40,648 nt of DNA, taken from contig JBDIWJ010000011.1 of assembly GCA_039638295.1 (NCBI GenBank), positions 1 to 40,648 of the forward strand, read 5' to 3'. Of the stretch, positions 19,128 to 29,592 are shown in pieces (position 1 is the stretch's first letter; every line of letters starts with the position of its first letter). Source of the stretch: Candidatus Phoenicimicrobium oleiphilum (lineage in GTDB: Bacteria; Atribacterota; Phoenicimicrobiia; Phoenicimicrobiales; Phoenicimicrobiaceae). The notes under the pieces were generated by a model, which made no database searches, was not told where the DNA came from, and saw nothing but the letters and a program-made list of their open reading frames with translations. Made by a program: the position numbers and the translations under genes.

Positions 19128-19273
19128 ATTTTATAACTGAAAAAAATTTTGAAAAAATATAAAATTTATGCAGGGATTTTTTATTTTTTGTAGAATATAT
19201 TATATAAAGAGAAAAAAATCTTAAAATTAAAAGTAAAATATGGTAAAATATCAAATAAAAAAGAGGTATAAAA

Positions 19274-19804
19274 ATGATCAGGGTGAAAGTTTCTGGAGTA
19301 GCAATAGACCCGGTTACAAAAGGTTTTGTGGTAATTTTAAAAGATGAGGCTGGAAAAAGGTGGCTTCCTATCTGGATAGGGCCTTATGAAGCAAAGATGA
19401 TTTCTTTAGCTTTAGAAAAGATTAAACCAATAAGACCTTTACCTCACGATTTAATAAAAAATATTTTAGACTCTATAGGTGTGATTATTACCAGGATAGT
19501 CATTTGCAATATCAAACAAAATACTTATTTTGCTTCTATCAGATTAAAATCAGATCACGTAGAAAAGGAAATCGATGCCAGACCAAGTGATGCTATAGCT
19601 TTGGCTTTAAGGATTAATGCCCCAATTTATGTAACTGAAGATGTACTAAATAAAGCCTCTACCGATAAGATTGTTTTAGAAGATGAAAAGGAAATAAAAC
19701 TTGCAAAACTGCGAGAAAAGATGCAAAAAGCAGTGGAAGCAGAAAATTATGAAGAAGCTGCCAAATTACGAGACCAAATCAGGAGTTTAGAGAAGAAGAA
19801 ATAA
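19274..19804 (+). CDS. Bifunctional nuclease family protein (DUF151) with C-terminal UVR domain
   Basis: LPIWIG..EA, RPLPHDL, IDARPSDAIALALR; C-terminal AVEAENYEEAAKLRDQI UVR motif. Confidence 0.9.
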   Translation: MIRVKVSGVAIDPVTKGFVVILKDEAGKRWLPIWIGPYEAKMISLALEKIKPIRPLPHDLIKNILDSIGVIITRIVICNIKQNTYFASIRLKSDHVEKEIDARPSDAIALALRINAPIYVTEDVLNKASTDKIVLEDEKEIKLAKLREKMQKAVEAENYEEAAKLRDQIRSLEKKK

Positions 19805-19830
19805 TTTTCCTCTATTTGCTTCAATAAATA

Positions 19831-19871
19831 TTTAGAGCATCGGAGTTTCAAAGAAAGTCTGATGCTCTAAA
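19831..19871 (+). terminator. Hairpin after DUF151 gene (possible terminator)
   Basis: TTTAGAGCATCGGA...TCTGATGCTCTAAA; no strong U tract on + strand. Confidence 0.45.
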
Positions 19872-20117
19872 ATAAATTCCTATTTAAGAAAAGTAATTAA
19901 TTGTAAAAAGATTGTCAGGGAAAATTTTATATAAAATCGAAAAGGGATAACAAAAAATGGAGGGGTTTTAGGGGAGTTTACTCCCTTAACAATTATGTAG
20001 ACCTCAAGGAACCTAAGTAAAAGAGCGCTAAATAAATTAATATTCGAAGAATATTTGAAATGGTTAAATTAAGTAAAAATATCTATACGTAAAATGAAAG
20101 GTGGAAATAGATAAAGT

Positions 20118-20822
20118 ATGAGAAAAGTAATTATAGATCCAGTAATTTTTACACAATTTCCTGATTTTAAAAGAGGAATAATAATTGTTAAAGATGTAGA
20201 AAATGCGCTTAGTAACAAAAGAATAAAACGGCCTTTAAATAAAGAGATTGACAAAAGGGTAAAAGAAGATTTGTTCGAACACCCTTTTATAAAAGCCTGG
20301 GATGAAGCTCATTTGAGATTTGGTTCTAACCCTGACAAATTCCCTCCTTCTATAAAATCACTTCTAAAAAGAATAAAAAAAGGCGGAGGATTCCCTTTTA
20401 TCAATTCAGTAGTAGCCCTATTTAATTATATTTCTATAAAATATCTTATCCCTTGTGGAGGAGATGATGTAGATAAAATAGAAGGAAATTTACATCTTGG
20501 TTTTGCTAATGGAGATGAAAGTTTTATTCCTTTAGGGGGAGATGATGAAGAACATCCGCAGCCAGGAGAAGTAATCTATTTTGATGACAAGTCTTTAAAG
20601 GTAATGTGCAGGAGATGGAATTGGCGAAATGGCGATTTTAGTAAAATTACAGAGAATACCAAAAGAATGGTTATCAATATCGATGGAATTGGAGAAGTCC
20701 CTCAATCACTTATTGAAGAAGCAAGAGATGAATTAGCGAAATTATTAATTGAACAGTGCAAAGCAAAATTGACCACTGATTTGTTGAATCGGGATAATAG
20801 AGAGATTGAAATAAATTTTTAA
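20118..20822 (+). CDS. Stand-alone B3/4 domain protein (PheRS beta-like editing domain)
   Basis: PPSIKSLLKR, FINSVVALFNYIS, PCGGDD, GEVIYFD, MCRRWNWR. Confidence 0.85.
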   Translation: MRKVIIDPVIFTQFPDFKRGIIIVKDVENALSNKRIKRPLNKEIDKRVKEDLFEHPFIKAWDEAHLRFGSNPDKFPPSIKSLLKRIKKGGGFPFINSVVALFNYISIKYLIPCGGDDVDKIEGNLHLGFANGDESFIPLGGDDEEHPQPGEVIYFDDKSLKVMCRRWNWRNGDFSKITENTKRMVINIDGIGEVPQSLIEEARDELAKLLIEQCKAKLTTDLLNRDNREIEINF

Positions 20823-20873
20823 ATTATGTTCGCAGAGTTTTATTTGGCCAAAAAAGAAAGGAAGCTATAAGAT

Positions 20874-21977
20874 ATGAAAAAAAATCAAAAATTTTTCCGC
20901 AACTGTTTAAAGGAACTAAAACCTTACGACCCTCATCAGGTGCCTTATAAAATAAAATTGAATGCTAATGAAAATCCTTATGGGTTGCCCGGTGAGATTA
21001 TTGAAGAGATATTAAGAAAAGCTAAAAAATTGGAATACTCTCGTTACCCTGATGCGAATTCTGAGAAATTAAGTGAATTAATTTCTTCTTTTTGGGGGTT
21101 AACCAGAGATAATATAATTATAGGAAATGGCTCTGATGAGCTTATTGATTATTTAATCAAAGCTTTCTCTGAAAAAGGGAGAAGGGCAATTACCACTGCA
21201 CCTTCTTTTGCTATGTACAAAATTTATTCAATTGTTAATAATACTAATTTCGTGGAAATTCCCTTAGATCAAAATAATTTTAGCTTAAATGAAGATGGAA
21301 TTTTAGAAGAAGCTAAAAAGGAAGATTCTTCCCTAGTTTTTATAGCATATCCTAATGCTCCAACTGGAAATTATTTTGCGAAGGATAAGATTATAAAAAT
21401 AATTGAAGAATCAGGTTGTCTGGTGGTGGTGGATGAAGCTTATTACGAATTTGGGGGTAAGACCTTTGCCCCCCTGATTTCTCGTTATAATAATTTAGCT
21501 ATACTTAGAACATTTTCTAAAGCCTATAGTTTGGCTGGTTTACGGGTGGGATACTTACTTTCTAATCCAGAAATCATAAATGAGGTGAAAAAAGTTAAAA
21601 GCCCATTTAATGTAAATATCTTTTCTCAACTTGCAGCTCAAATAGTCTATGAAAATAAAGAAATTTTAAAAGGTAGCATAAAGAAGATTATTGAGGAACG
21701 TGAAAGATTGATAAACAGGATAAATAAAATTCTATTTTTTAAGGCTCATCCTTCGCAGACTAACTTCGTTCTGGTTGAGGTGGGTTCTAAAGAAAATGCA
21801 GATTTAGTTTACAATAGTCTATTAGAACAGGGAATTCTAGTCCAAACAGTTTCCGACCCCGTTTTTTCAAGCTCTAGATACTTTTTACGTATAACCGTTG
21901 GGAGTAAAGAGGAGAACGATATTTTGCTTAAGGAGCTAGAAAATATTTCTAAAAACCTTTCTTTTACTCCCTTATAA
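20874..21977 (+). CDS. hisC: Histidinol-phosphate aminotransferase
   Basis: KLNANENPY, RYPD, GNGSDELI, PNAPTG, VDEAYYEF, RTFSKAYSLAGLRVGY. Confidence 0.9.
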   Translation: MKKNQKFFRNCLKELKPYDPHQVPYKIKLNANENPYGLPGEIIEEILRKAKKLEYSRYPDANSEKLSELISSFWGLTRDNIIIGNGSDELIDYLIKAFSEKGRRAITTAPSFAMYKIYSIVNNTNFVEIPLDQNNFSLNEDGILEEAKKEDSSLVFIAYPNAPTGNYFAKDKIIKIIEESGCLVVVDEAYYEFGGKTFAPLISRYNNLAILRTFSKAYSLAGLRVGYLLSNPEIINEVKKVKSPFNVNIFSQLAAQIVYENKEILKGSIKKIIEERERLINRINKILFFKAHPSQTNFVLVEVGSKENADLVYNSLLEQGILVQTVSDPVFSSSRYFLRITVGSKEENDILLKELENISKNLSFTPL

Positions 21978-22025
21978 TATATAATATAATTGTAATCCAA
22001 AATACGATTTTTAAAGGAGGTGAAA

Positions 22026-24626
22026 ATGATGATTAAATTTGATAAATTTACTATAAAGGCTCAAGAGGCAATAGGTGAAGCGCAACAAATTGCTTCCAGT
22101 TATAACCATCAGGAAATAAAGGGAGAACATCTTTTGCTGGCTTTAATTAATCAGGAAGGTGGAGTTGTACCTTCGATATTAAAGAAATTAGAAGTTAACT
22201 CTAAAGAACTTAAAATTAAATTAGAAAGACAGTTAGAAAAGATTCCTCAGGTTTACGGAGGTACTGGAGCACAACAATATATAGGGAATGAACTTAATGA
22301 TATATTAAATGCTGCCCAACAGGAAGCTCAAAAAGTAAAAGATGAATATGTAAGTACTGAACATCTATTTATTGCGTTAGTAGAGACAGAAGGGACTGCA
22401 GTAAGCAACTTACTGAGAGAAGCAGGAATTAATAAAGACAAGATTTATCAGGTTTTGGTAAATATTCGGGGGAGTCAGCGGATAACTGATCAAAATCCAG
22501 AAGAGAAGTATCAGGCTCTGGAACGTTTTTCCCGTGATTTAACAGAATTAGCCAAAAGAGGAAAACTTGATCCGGTTATTGGACGAGATGAAGAAATACG
22601 GAAGGTTATGCAAATACTTTCTCGACGTACCAAGAACAATCCTATGTTAATCGGTGAGCCCGGAGTGGGAAAAACTGCTATTGCTGAAGGTTTGTCTCAG
22701 AGAATTGTGCGGGGAGATGTCCCTGAAGGATTAAAAAGTAAAAGAATAATAGTTTTAGATATAAGTGCAATGGTCGCCGGTGCAAAATATAGAGGAGAAT
22801 TCGAAGATCGGTTAAAAGCGGTTTTAAAAGAGATTCAAGAATCTGCAGGAGAAATAATTGTCTTTATAGACGAAATTCATACCTTAGTGGGTGCAGGAGC
22901 AGCTGAAGGGGCAATAGATGCTTCTAATATGTTAAAACCTGCTTTAGCCCGAGGAGAATTACATTGTATTGGGGCGACAACTTTAAAAGAATATAAAAAG
23001 TACATTGAAAAAGATGCAGCTTTAGAACGGCGGTTCCAACCAGTAATAATTAGAGAACCTTCAATAGAGGATACAATTTCTATTTTACGAGGGCTGAAGG
23101 AAAGATATGAAGTACATCATGGAGTAAAAATCAAAGATTCTGCTTTAATTGCTGCAGCCATCTTATCTGCTCGCTATATTTCAGATAGATTTTTACCTGA
23201 CAAAGCTATTGATTTAGTTGACGAAGCAGCTGCCAGTCTGAGGATAGAAATTGATAGTATGCCCGCTGAGATAGATGAGGTAGAGAGAAAAATTATCCAA
23301 TTGGAGATAGAAAAACAAGCTTTAAAAAAAGAAAAAGACAAGGCTTCTCAGGGGCGCCTAAATAAATTAGAAGAAGAATTGAGTTCCCTCAAAGAAAAAA
23401 GAGATAGTATGAAATTGCATTGGAAAAGTGAAAAAGAAGTTATTCAGAAAATTCACGAGATAAAGAGTAAGACTGAACAAGCTAAAATAGAGGCTGAGAA
23501 AGCGGAAAGAGAAGGAAACCTTAACCGAGTAGCTGAGTTAAAGTATGGAGTAATTCCCCAACTTCAAAAAGAGTTGGAGAGTGAAAATGAAAAATTGGCT
23601 TCTTTGCAAAAGGAAAATAAGATGCTTAAAGAAGAAGTAGATGAAGAGGATATTGCCGAGATTGTCTCTAAATGGACTGGTATACCTGTGGGTCGACTTA
23701 TGGAAGGTGAGGCAGATAAATTAGTCAGAATGGAGGAAGAGCTTAAACAGAGAGTAGTAGGGCAAGAAGAAGCGGTTAGATTAGTTTCCAATGCAATTAG
23801 AAGGTCACGAGTGGGGATAGCAGATCCTAATAAGCCGGTAGGTTCTTTTATTTTTATGGGACCAACAGGAGTGGGTAAAACCGAGCTTGCTCGAAGTTTG
23901 GCGGATTTTTTATTTAATGACCAGAATGCCTTAGTACGTATTGATATGTCAGAATATATGGAAAGACATAGTGTAGCCAGGCTAATTGGTGCTCCACCTG
24001 GTTATATAGGATATGAAGAGGGAGGTCAGCTAACTGAAATTGTTAGACGCAAGCCTTATTCAGTTGTCCTCTTTGATGAAATTGAAAAAGCACATCCCGA
24101 TGTTTTTAATATTCTATTACAGATTCTAGATGATGGACGACTAACTGATGGACAGGGCAGGGTAGTTAATTTTAAAAACACTATTTTGATAATGACTTCT
24201 AATATTGGGAGTCAATGGATATATGAAATGAATGAACAGAATAGAGAATCTATTATGCAAAAGGTAATGGATTCTTTGCGACAACATTTTAAACCTGAAT
24301 TTTTAAATAGAATCGATGAAGTAATTGTTTTTAATAGCTTAGATAAAGAGAAGATTATAAAAATCGTGGATATTCAGTTAGATATTCTAAAGATAAGATT
24401 GCAGGATAAGAGGGTAAGTTTGGATGTAACTACAAGAGCAAAGGAATTTTTAGCAGAAAAAGGATATGATCCTCATTATGGCGCGCGGCCTTTAAAGAGA
24501 ACTATTCAAAGATATATTCAAGACCCCTTAGCTTTAAAGATTCTGGAGGGGGTTTTTAAAGAAGGGGATAAAATTGAAGCTGACTTGGACGAAAAAAATG
24601 AAAAGATAATTTTCAAGAAAATGTAA
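22026..24626 (+). CDS. clpB: ATP-dependent chaperone ClpB
   Basis: Clp N repeats, two AAA+ modules ([16 protein letters not shown]), long coiled-coil middle domain; ATG 22026 or 22029 after GGAGG. Confidence 0.97.
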   Translation: MMIKFDKFTIKAQEAIGEAQQIASSYNHQEIKGEHLLLALINQEGGVVPSILKKLEVNSKELKIKLERQLEKIPQVYGGTGAQQYIGNELNDILNAAQQEAQKVKDEYVSTEHLFIALVETEGTAVSNLLREAGINKDKIYQVLVNIRGSQRITDQNPEEKYQALERFSRDLTELAKRGKLDPVIGRDEEIRKVMQILSRRTKNNPMLIGEPGVGKTAIAEGLSQRIVRGDVPEGLKSKRIIVLDISAMVAGAKYRGEFEDRLKAVLKEIQESAGEIIVFIDEIHTLVGAGAAEGAIDASNMLKPALARGELHCIGATTLKEYKKYIEKDAALERRFQPVIIREPSIEDTISILRGLKERYEVHHGVKIKDSALIAAAILSARYISDRFLPDKAIDLVDEAAASLRIEIDSMPAEIDEVERKIIQLEIEKQALKKEKDKASQGRLNKLEEELSSLKEKRDSMKLHWKSEKEVIQKIHEIKSKTEQAKIEAEKAEREGNLNRVAELKYGVIPQLQKELESENEKLASLQKENKMLKEEVDEEDIAEIVSKWTGIPVGRLMEGEADKLVRMEEELKQRVVGQEEAVRLVSNAIRRSRVGIADPNKPVGSFIFMGPTGVGKTELARSLADFLFNDQNALVRIDMSEYMERHSVARLIGAPPGYIGYEEGGQLTEIVRRKPYSVVLFDEIEKAHPDVFNILLQILDDGRLTDGQGRVVNFKNTILIMTSNIGSQWIYEMNEQNRESIMQKVMDSLRQHFKPEFLNRIDEVIVFNSLDKEKIIKIVDIQLDILKIRLQDKRVSLDVTTRAKEFLAEKGYDPHYGARPLKRTIQRYIQDPLALKILEGVFKEGDKIEADLDEKNEKIIFKKM

Positions 24627-24635
24627 ATTTAATAT

Positions 24636-24787
24636 TAGTTAGCCGGTTAACCGGTTTACCAGTTAAAATACATGATACAAGTTATAAGTTTAAGTTTAAA
24701 AAAGTCTTTACAGTGAACTGAAAACCCGTATTTAACACTATCAACTAATTTAATCGGTGAATTGGTGGATAGGAGAATTGGTAAATT
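24636..24787. repeat. Repeat mosaic between clpB and mscS
   Basis: AGTTAGCC/GGTTAACC octamers, CAAGTTATAAGTTTAAGTTT..CTTTACAGT block homologous to reverse complement of ~36655-36793, AATYGGWR octamers 24752-24787. Confidence 0.75.
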
Positions 24788-24826
24788 AATTTATTGGCAA
24801 ATATCATTGGAGAAGGAGAATTAATA

Positions 24827-25708
24827 ATGTTTACCCAATATATAAACAGTTTTTGGCAAGCTATATTAAGTTTTTTTAGTCCGGAGAAGCTTATTCTGTG
24901 GTGGGGGAAGTTAATAACTATTGTAATAATATTAGTAGTAGCGAAAATAGTTTTATCTATAATTAATAAAATAATAGAAAAATCTTTAACCCCCTTAAAA
25001 AAATCTAAAAATTACCAGAAGAAAATTTCCCGAGCAAAAACCTTAATTCCTCTTTTGCAAAGTGTTAGCAGATATGTAGTCTACTTTATTGCTATAGTGA
25101 TGATCTTAAAGGAATTGGGCGTAGATACTACTGCAGTAATTGCCAGTGCTGGTGTAGTCGGTTTAGCCATAGGTTTTGGAGCTCAATCTTTAGTGAAAGA
25201 TATTATTTCAGGCGCTTTTCTCCTTTTTGAAGGAGCAATTTCAGTGGGAGATTCTATTACTGTTGGCGAACATTCTGGTGCAGTAGAAGCTGTTAATTTA
25301 AGAAATATTCATCTACGAAAGTTTTCGGGTGAATTAAGGGTAATACCCAATGGAGATGTTGGAAGTTTTGGCAATTTTAATAGAGGGTATATGAGGGCTG
25401 TTGTGGAAGTAGGAGTGGCTTATGAACAGGATGCAGAAAGAGGAATGAAAACCTTAGAGGAAATTGCCAATAAATGGGCTGAAGAGAATAAAGAAATTGT
25501 ATTAGAACCACCAGTTGTTCAGGGGATACTATCATTAGGTTCTTCAGAAGTAACCTTAAGGGTAGCAGTTAAGGTAAAACCAATGACTCATTGGGGTGCA
25601 GAAAGGGAACTTAGAAGAAGAATCAAAGAAACCTTTGACCAAGAAGGCATAGAAATTCCCTTTCCTCGACAGGTTGTTTACCTCCGAAAAGAAGGAGAAG
25701 GAAAATAG
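24827..25708 (+). CDS. mscS: Small-conductance mechanosensitive channel
   Basis: ASAGVVGLAIGFGAQSLVKDIISG, GELRVIPNG, GIEIPFP; ATG 24827 after AAGGAG. Confidence 0.92.
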   Translation: MFTQYINSFWQAILSFFSPEKLILWWGKLITIVIILVVAKIVLSIINKIIEKSLTPLKKSKNYQKKISRAKTLIPLLQSVSRYVVYFIAIVMILKELGVDTTAVIASAGVVGLAIGFGAQSLVKDIISGAFLLFEGAISVGDSITVGEHSGAVEAVNLRNIHLRKFSGELRVIPNGDVGSFGNFNRGYMRAVVEVGVAYEQDAERGMKTLEEIANKWAEENKEIVLEPPVVQGILSLGSSEVTLRVAVKVKPMTHWGAERELRRRIKETFDQEGIEIPFPRQVVYLRKEGEGK

Positions 25709-25742
25709 AAAGCAGTTTTGAAATAAGATTATATTTATTTTT

Positions 25743-26546
25743 TTAGATAAAAATATCTTTACTTTTATTAAGTAAAAATAAGTATGAAATTGATATAAGG
25801 TAAACTATAATAAAACCTAAATTTAATCCTAATTTTGGGAGTAGATACCAACAAGCAATATAGAATACCAATAAAGTGCTAATACTAAAAGAAAATCCAT
25901 AAATAACCGAAGGATATAGATTATTTTGCTCTTCAAAATGCAGAATTAACAACAAAGCAAATAATGTAGATGGAAAAGAGCTTAAAATTCCTGCCCACCT
26001 GCTTCCAGCAATGGAAGCAATTTCGGTAAACATTGAAATAATAATTCCTGCTATTAACCCTCGAATTAGAAGTTTTATTATAGAATTTTTTTTATTTATT
26101 TTAATTGTTTGATTTGCCTTTATTTTCTTTAAAATTAAAATATTTATAAAAAATATTGTTAAAAATACAGCAGCAGCTGAAAGAAGATTGAGATCCAATT
26201 TGTAGATGAAATAACCCGAAACATAAAAAGAAATAAATCCCATCAATGAACAAAAAGCCAAGGAAATTATATTATTTCCTGACTTAAAATATCTTCCTGT
26301 CATAAGATAAAAAAGACAGAATAGTATTGATGAAGATAAAGCAGAAATTCCCCAAGGGATTCCCGTAACCAAAAAAGGTATTCCTTTCTGGTAACAAATA
26401 AAATAGACAGATAAACCAGCCCCCACGGGTAGTCCCGATAATAATCCACCAAAGAACGGATTAATTCTTGTTGATATTTCAGCTAATAATACTACTATTA
26501 AAGTTGAAATCAATATTTTTGCCAATATTAAATTTATTAAATTCAT
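25743..26546 (-). CDS. Hypothetical multi-pass membrane protein (internal duplication, DUF3147-like)
   Basis: Highly hydrophobic, two similar halves (GGLLSGLP / AGILSSFP). Confidence 0.65.
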   Translation of the reverse strand: MNLINLILAKILISTLIVVLLAEISTRINPFFGGLLSGLPVGAGLSVYFICYQKGIPFLVTGIPWGISALSSSILFCLFYLMTGRYFKSGNNIISLAFCSLMGFISFYVSGYFIYKLDLNLLSAAAVFLTIFFINILILKKIKANQTIKINKKNSIIKLLIRGLIAGIIISMFTEIASIAGSRWAGILSSFPSTLFALLLILHFEEQNNLYPSVIYGFSFSISTLLVFYIACWYLLPKLGLNLGFIIVYLISISYLFLLNKSKDIFI

Positions 26547-26594
26547 TAAAACTCTTCTTTTTCGGAATATAATTTTAATATGTTATAAATATTT

Positions 26595-27884
26595 TTATGG
26601 AATATAGAGCCCGGAAGTAACGGGTAGATATAAACTAACCTGAGGTAAAAAGCTAAGAACAATAAGTCCAATGATTGCTGCTATTACAAATATCCATACT
26701 TCACTGGCAACCTTATCCAGAGTACTTTTTATTAAGTTTGCTGCTACATATAAATTAACTGCTACTGGGGGAGTAATCTGTCCAATAGCCAGAGCAACTA
26801 CAAATATTATTCCAAAGAAAAGAAGGTCAATATTGTAATAAGCAAGAATAGGCATAAAAATAGGCATAAAAACATAAGTAATTGAAATGGCGTCCAGGAA
26901 CATACCAGCAATAACAATGGCTAAATCTGCAAGTAAAATTACAGCAATCGGAGATTTTGCGATACCAATAATGGCGTTCGCTATTTTATCTATAACCCCC
27001 AAGGTAGCGGAGGCAATAGAAAATTGGGTAGCAAAAGTTACTACAAACATAACTACTGATGAAGTAACTACTGCTCCAACTAATGCTTCATAAAGTCCTT
27101 TAAGATTAAGCGTTTTATATATAAATATACCAACAAAAATGCTGTAAAATACTGCAAAGACAGCGGCTTCAGTGGGAGTGGCAATCCCGGTATATATTCC
27201 CCCCAGAATTATAACTGGTGCAAGTAAAGCCCAAAAAGCATCTTTAGTAGCAATCAAAATTTCTTTTACTGTTCCTCTTCTTTCTATTCCCCTAAATCCT
27301 CTTTTCTTTGAAATAAAATAAGCAGCTACCATAAGAGTTAAACCTATAAATATTCCAGGAATAATTCCTCCCAGGAAAAGTGCTCCTACTGATACTCCAG
27401 TAACGTTTCCATATACAATAAAGGCAATACTAGGAGGAATAATAATAGCTAATCCACTTGCTGCTGCAATGGTAGCTGCTGAAAAATTTTTATCATATCT
27501 TTGGCTAATCATCGCCGGGATAAGAGTCAAGCCTACTGCTGCAGTAGTAGCTGGGCCAGAACCTGATACTGCTCCCCAAAATAGACAAGTTATAATTCCC
27601 GCGATAGCTAATCCTCCAGCAGCTCTTCCTACAATAATCTTGGCTAAGTTGGCAATTTTTTCAGCTAATCTTGCTTTTTCCATTAGCGTACCTGCTAATA
27701 CAAAGAAAGGTATAGCAATGAGGGGGAATTTAGCAATTCCAGAAGCAAAATTTCTGGAAACCATTGTAACACCAAGGCCGTATTTCCATATGGCAAATAC
27801 AGCTGCAAATCCTACAGATGTTCCGATAGGAACACCGATTAAAAGAAAGAGAGCAAAAATTCCAAAAAGAACTAAAACTTGCAT
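26595..27884 (-). CDS. dctM: TRAP transporter large permease
   Basis: AIPFFVLAG, SGSGPA, IIPPSI, TPTEAA, GQITPPV. Confidence 0.95.
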   Translation of the reverse strand: MQVLVLFGIFALFLLIGVPIGTSVGFAAVFAIWKYGLGVTMVSRNFASGIAKFPLIAIPFFVLAGTLMEKARLAEKIANLAKIIVGRAAGGLAIAGIITCLFWGAVSGSGPATTAAVGLTLIPAMISQRYDKNFSAATIAAASGLAIIIPPSIAFIVYGNVTGVSVGALFLGGIIPGIFIGLTLMVAAYFISKKRGFRGIERRGTVKEILIATKDAFWALLAPVIILGGIYTGIATPTEAAVFAVFYSIFVGIFIYKTLNLKGLYEALVGAVVTSSVVMFVVTFATQFSIASATLGVIDKIANAIIGIAKSPIAVILLADLAIVIAGMFLDAISITYVFMPIFMPILAYYNIDLLFFGIIFVVALAIGQITPPVAVNLYVAANLIKSTLDKVASEVWIFVIAAIIGLIVLSFLPQVSLYLPVTSGLYIP

Positions 27885-28372
27885 TATTTTGCACCTCCCT
27901 CTTCAATCTTTTTTAATTCAATTTTTAATCCTTTATAAATATTTTTAAAGATAAAGACGGAAAATATAGGAATGCCGATAGTATAAATCCATTCGGGGAT
28001 TCTTAGAGCTTCACTTTCCATATGAAAGATGGTTATATCCATATAGATTTCTCTAAGAGCATAATAATTCACAATTAAAAAAAGGAGAGTGCTTATAATT
28101 GCAGAAATTAACGCTGCAATTTTCTTAATATTTTTTGATAATTTGTTATAAACAGTCACCATTCCCAGATGAGCACCTTTTTCAAAGGCAATAGCAATAC
28201 CTAATACTGTAAGCCATACAAAAAAGTGAACGGTAATTTCTTCAGTAAAAGCAAAGGAAAAATGTAAAAATTTTCTACTTAATACATTTATAAAGGCAAC
28301 CGATGCCATTATAAAAAGTAAAATTGCAGAGACTATTTCTTCAAATTTTATTCTTATTTTGTTTCCTGACAT
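27884..28372 (-). CDS. dctQ: TRAP transporter small permease
   Basis: Four TM segments, NVLSR..FTEEI..FVW..GAHLG; overlaps dctM start. Confidence 0.92.
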   Translation of the reverse strand: MSGNKIRIKFEEIVSAILLFIMASVAFINVLSRKFLHFSFAFTEEITVHFFVWLTVLGIAIAFEKGAHLGMVTVYNKLSKNIKKIAALISAIISTLLFLIVNYYALREIYMDITIFHMESEALRIPEWIYTIGIPIFSVFIFKNIYKGLKIELKKIEEGGAK

Positions 28373-28389
28373 TAAAACCTCCGTTATTT

Positions 28390-28418
28390 AAAGAGGGGAG
28401 ATTATATCTCCCCTCTTT
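28390..28418 (-). terminator. Perfect hairpin between dctP and dctQ (attenuator / mRNA stabiliser)
   Basis: AAAGAGGGGAGAT-TAT-ATCTCCCCTCTTT, 13-bp arms. Confidence 0.6.
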
Positions 28419-28431
28419 GCTTTAATCTGGA

Positions 28432-29499
28432 CTATTTAGACATATCTAATTTGGCAGCAGTGACGAAATCTACTCCTACTTCAGGGATCCATTTGTCGAG
28501 CACTGGTTTAGTCGCTTCTTTAAAGGCATTCAATTCTGCCTCAGTAAATTCAACTACTTCCATTCCCATAGTTTTAACATAAGCGATTTGATTCAAAATC
28601 TCAGGAGTTTCTCCAAATTGTTCTTTTAAAATATTGATAGAAATATCTCCATCAAGTCCTCTTCTTACAAAGGCTTTTTCCCACATCGCTGCTTCTTCTG
28701 CGGTTTCTTTTATAATGGTTTGTATATCTTCAGGGAAAGAATCCCATACTCTTTTATTAACACAGAAGATAAGGGGATCTACCAGATAATTCCAGTTGGT
28801 AACGTATTTATGGTATTCCCAAATCTTGACTGGCAGAAGAACTCCATAAGGATTCTCCTGTCCGTCAACTGCTCCTTGTTGGAATCCGGTAACAGCATCT
28901 CCCCAATTCATATGAATTGGGTCTGCACCTAATTGTTTAAAGATGTCATCATATATAGGGGTAGGGCAAACCCTTAATCTTAATCCCTTCATATCTTCTA
29001 CTGCTTTCACTGGCCTTACATTATTGGTTAATTGTCTAAATCCATTTTCACCCCAGGCTAAAGCTTTTACCTGCATCTTCTCCATTTGTGCAAACATTTT
29101 TTTACCAGTTTCACCATATTCAATCTTATCTAAATTTTCGTAAGTGTTGATGAAGAAAGGCAAAGAAAATAGATTGTGCGATTTAACTACTGCAGAAGAA
29201 TTTATGGTAGATTCCACAGCGAAATCTATACTTCCTTCAGCAACTGCCTGGAACCAATTCATTTGTTTACCAGCAAGAAGTTGACTTCCAAAATATGGTT
29301 TTACAATAATCTTTCCCTCAGTTCTTTCTTTTATAAGCTCACACCATTTTACCGCACCCATTCCCCAGCCAAATGTAGGTCCTACATTTAAGGTTAAAGT
29401 GTATTCTGCTTTGGGTTTAAATTCTTGGGCACTACTAACAGAGAAAATAATCCCCATTAGAAGCAAAACAACTAAACTTAAAATTATAATTTTTTTCAT
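28432..29499 (-). CDS. dctP: TRAP transporter substrate-binding protein
   Basis: Signal peptide MKKIIILSL.., ENGFRQLT, DMKGLRLR, GAVDGQENP; ATG 29499 after AAGGAGG (ORF track GTG 29586 lies inside an SD-like motif). Confidence 0.95.
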   Translation of the reverse strand: MKKIIILSLVVLLLMGIIFSVSSAQEFKPKAEYTLTLNVGPTFGWGMGAVKWCELIKERTEGKIIVKPYFGSQLLAGKQMNWFQAVAEGSIDFAVESTINSSAVVKSHNLFSLPFFINTYENLDKIEYGETGKKMFAQMEKMQVKALAWGENGFRQLTNNVRPVKAVEDMKGLRLRVCPTPIYDDIFKQLGADPIHMNWGDAVTGFQQGAVDGQENPYGVLLPVKIWEYHKYVTNWNYLVDPLIFCVNKRVWDSFPEDIQTIIKETAEEAAMWEKAFVRRGLDGDISINILKEQFGETPEILNQIAYVKTMGMEVVEFTEAELNAFKEATKPVLDKWIPEVGVDFVTAAKLDMSK

Positions 29500-29592
29500 T
29501 TTTTTCCTCCTTAAATTTTTAATATTAATTTTCAAATTCCTATTTTTAGTCTCGAAGCTATAAAGCTTTAAACTTTTTTCTTTCACCTCCTT

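Noticed and set aside
19958..19990. GGGGTTTTAGGGGAGTTTACTCCCTTAA hairpin as an IS200/IS605 end or riboswitch remnant
   Set aside because: Single short hairpin with no transposase, second end or conserved aptamer motifs
21978..22025. CIRCE or CtsR site upstream of clpB
   Set aside because: Neither TTAGCACTC-N9-GAGTGCTAA nor GGTCAAA repeats are present
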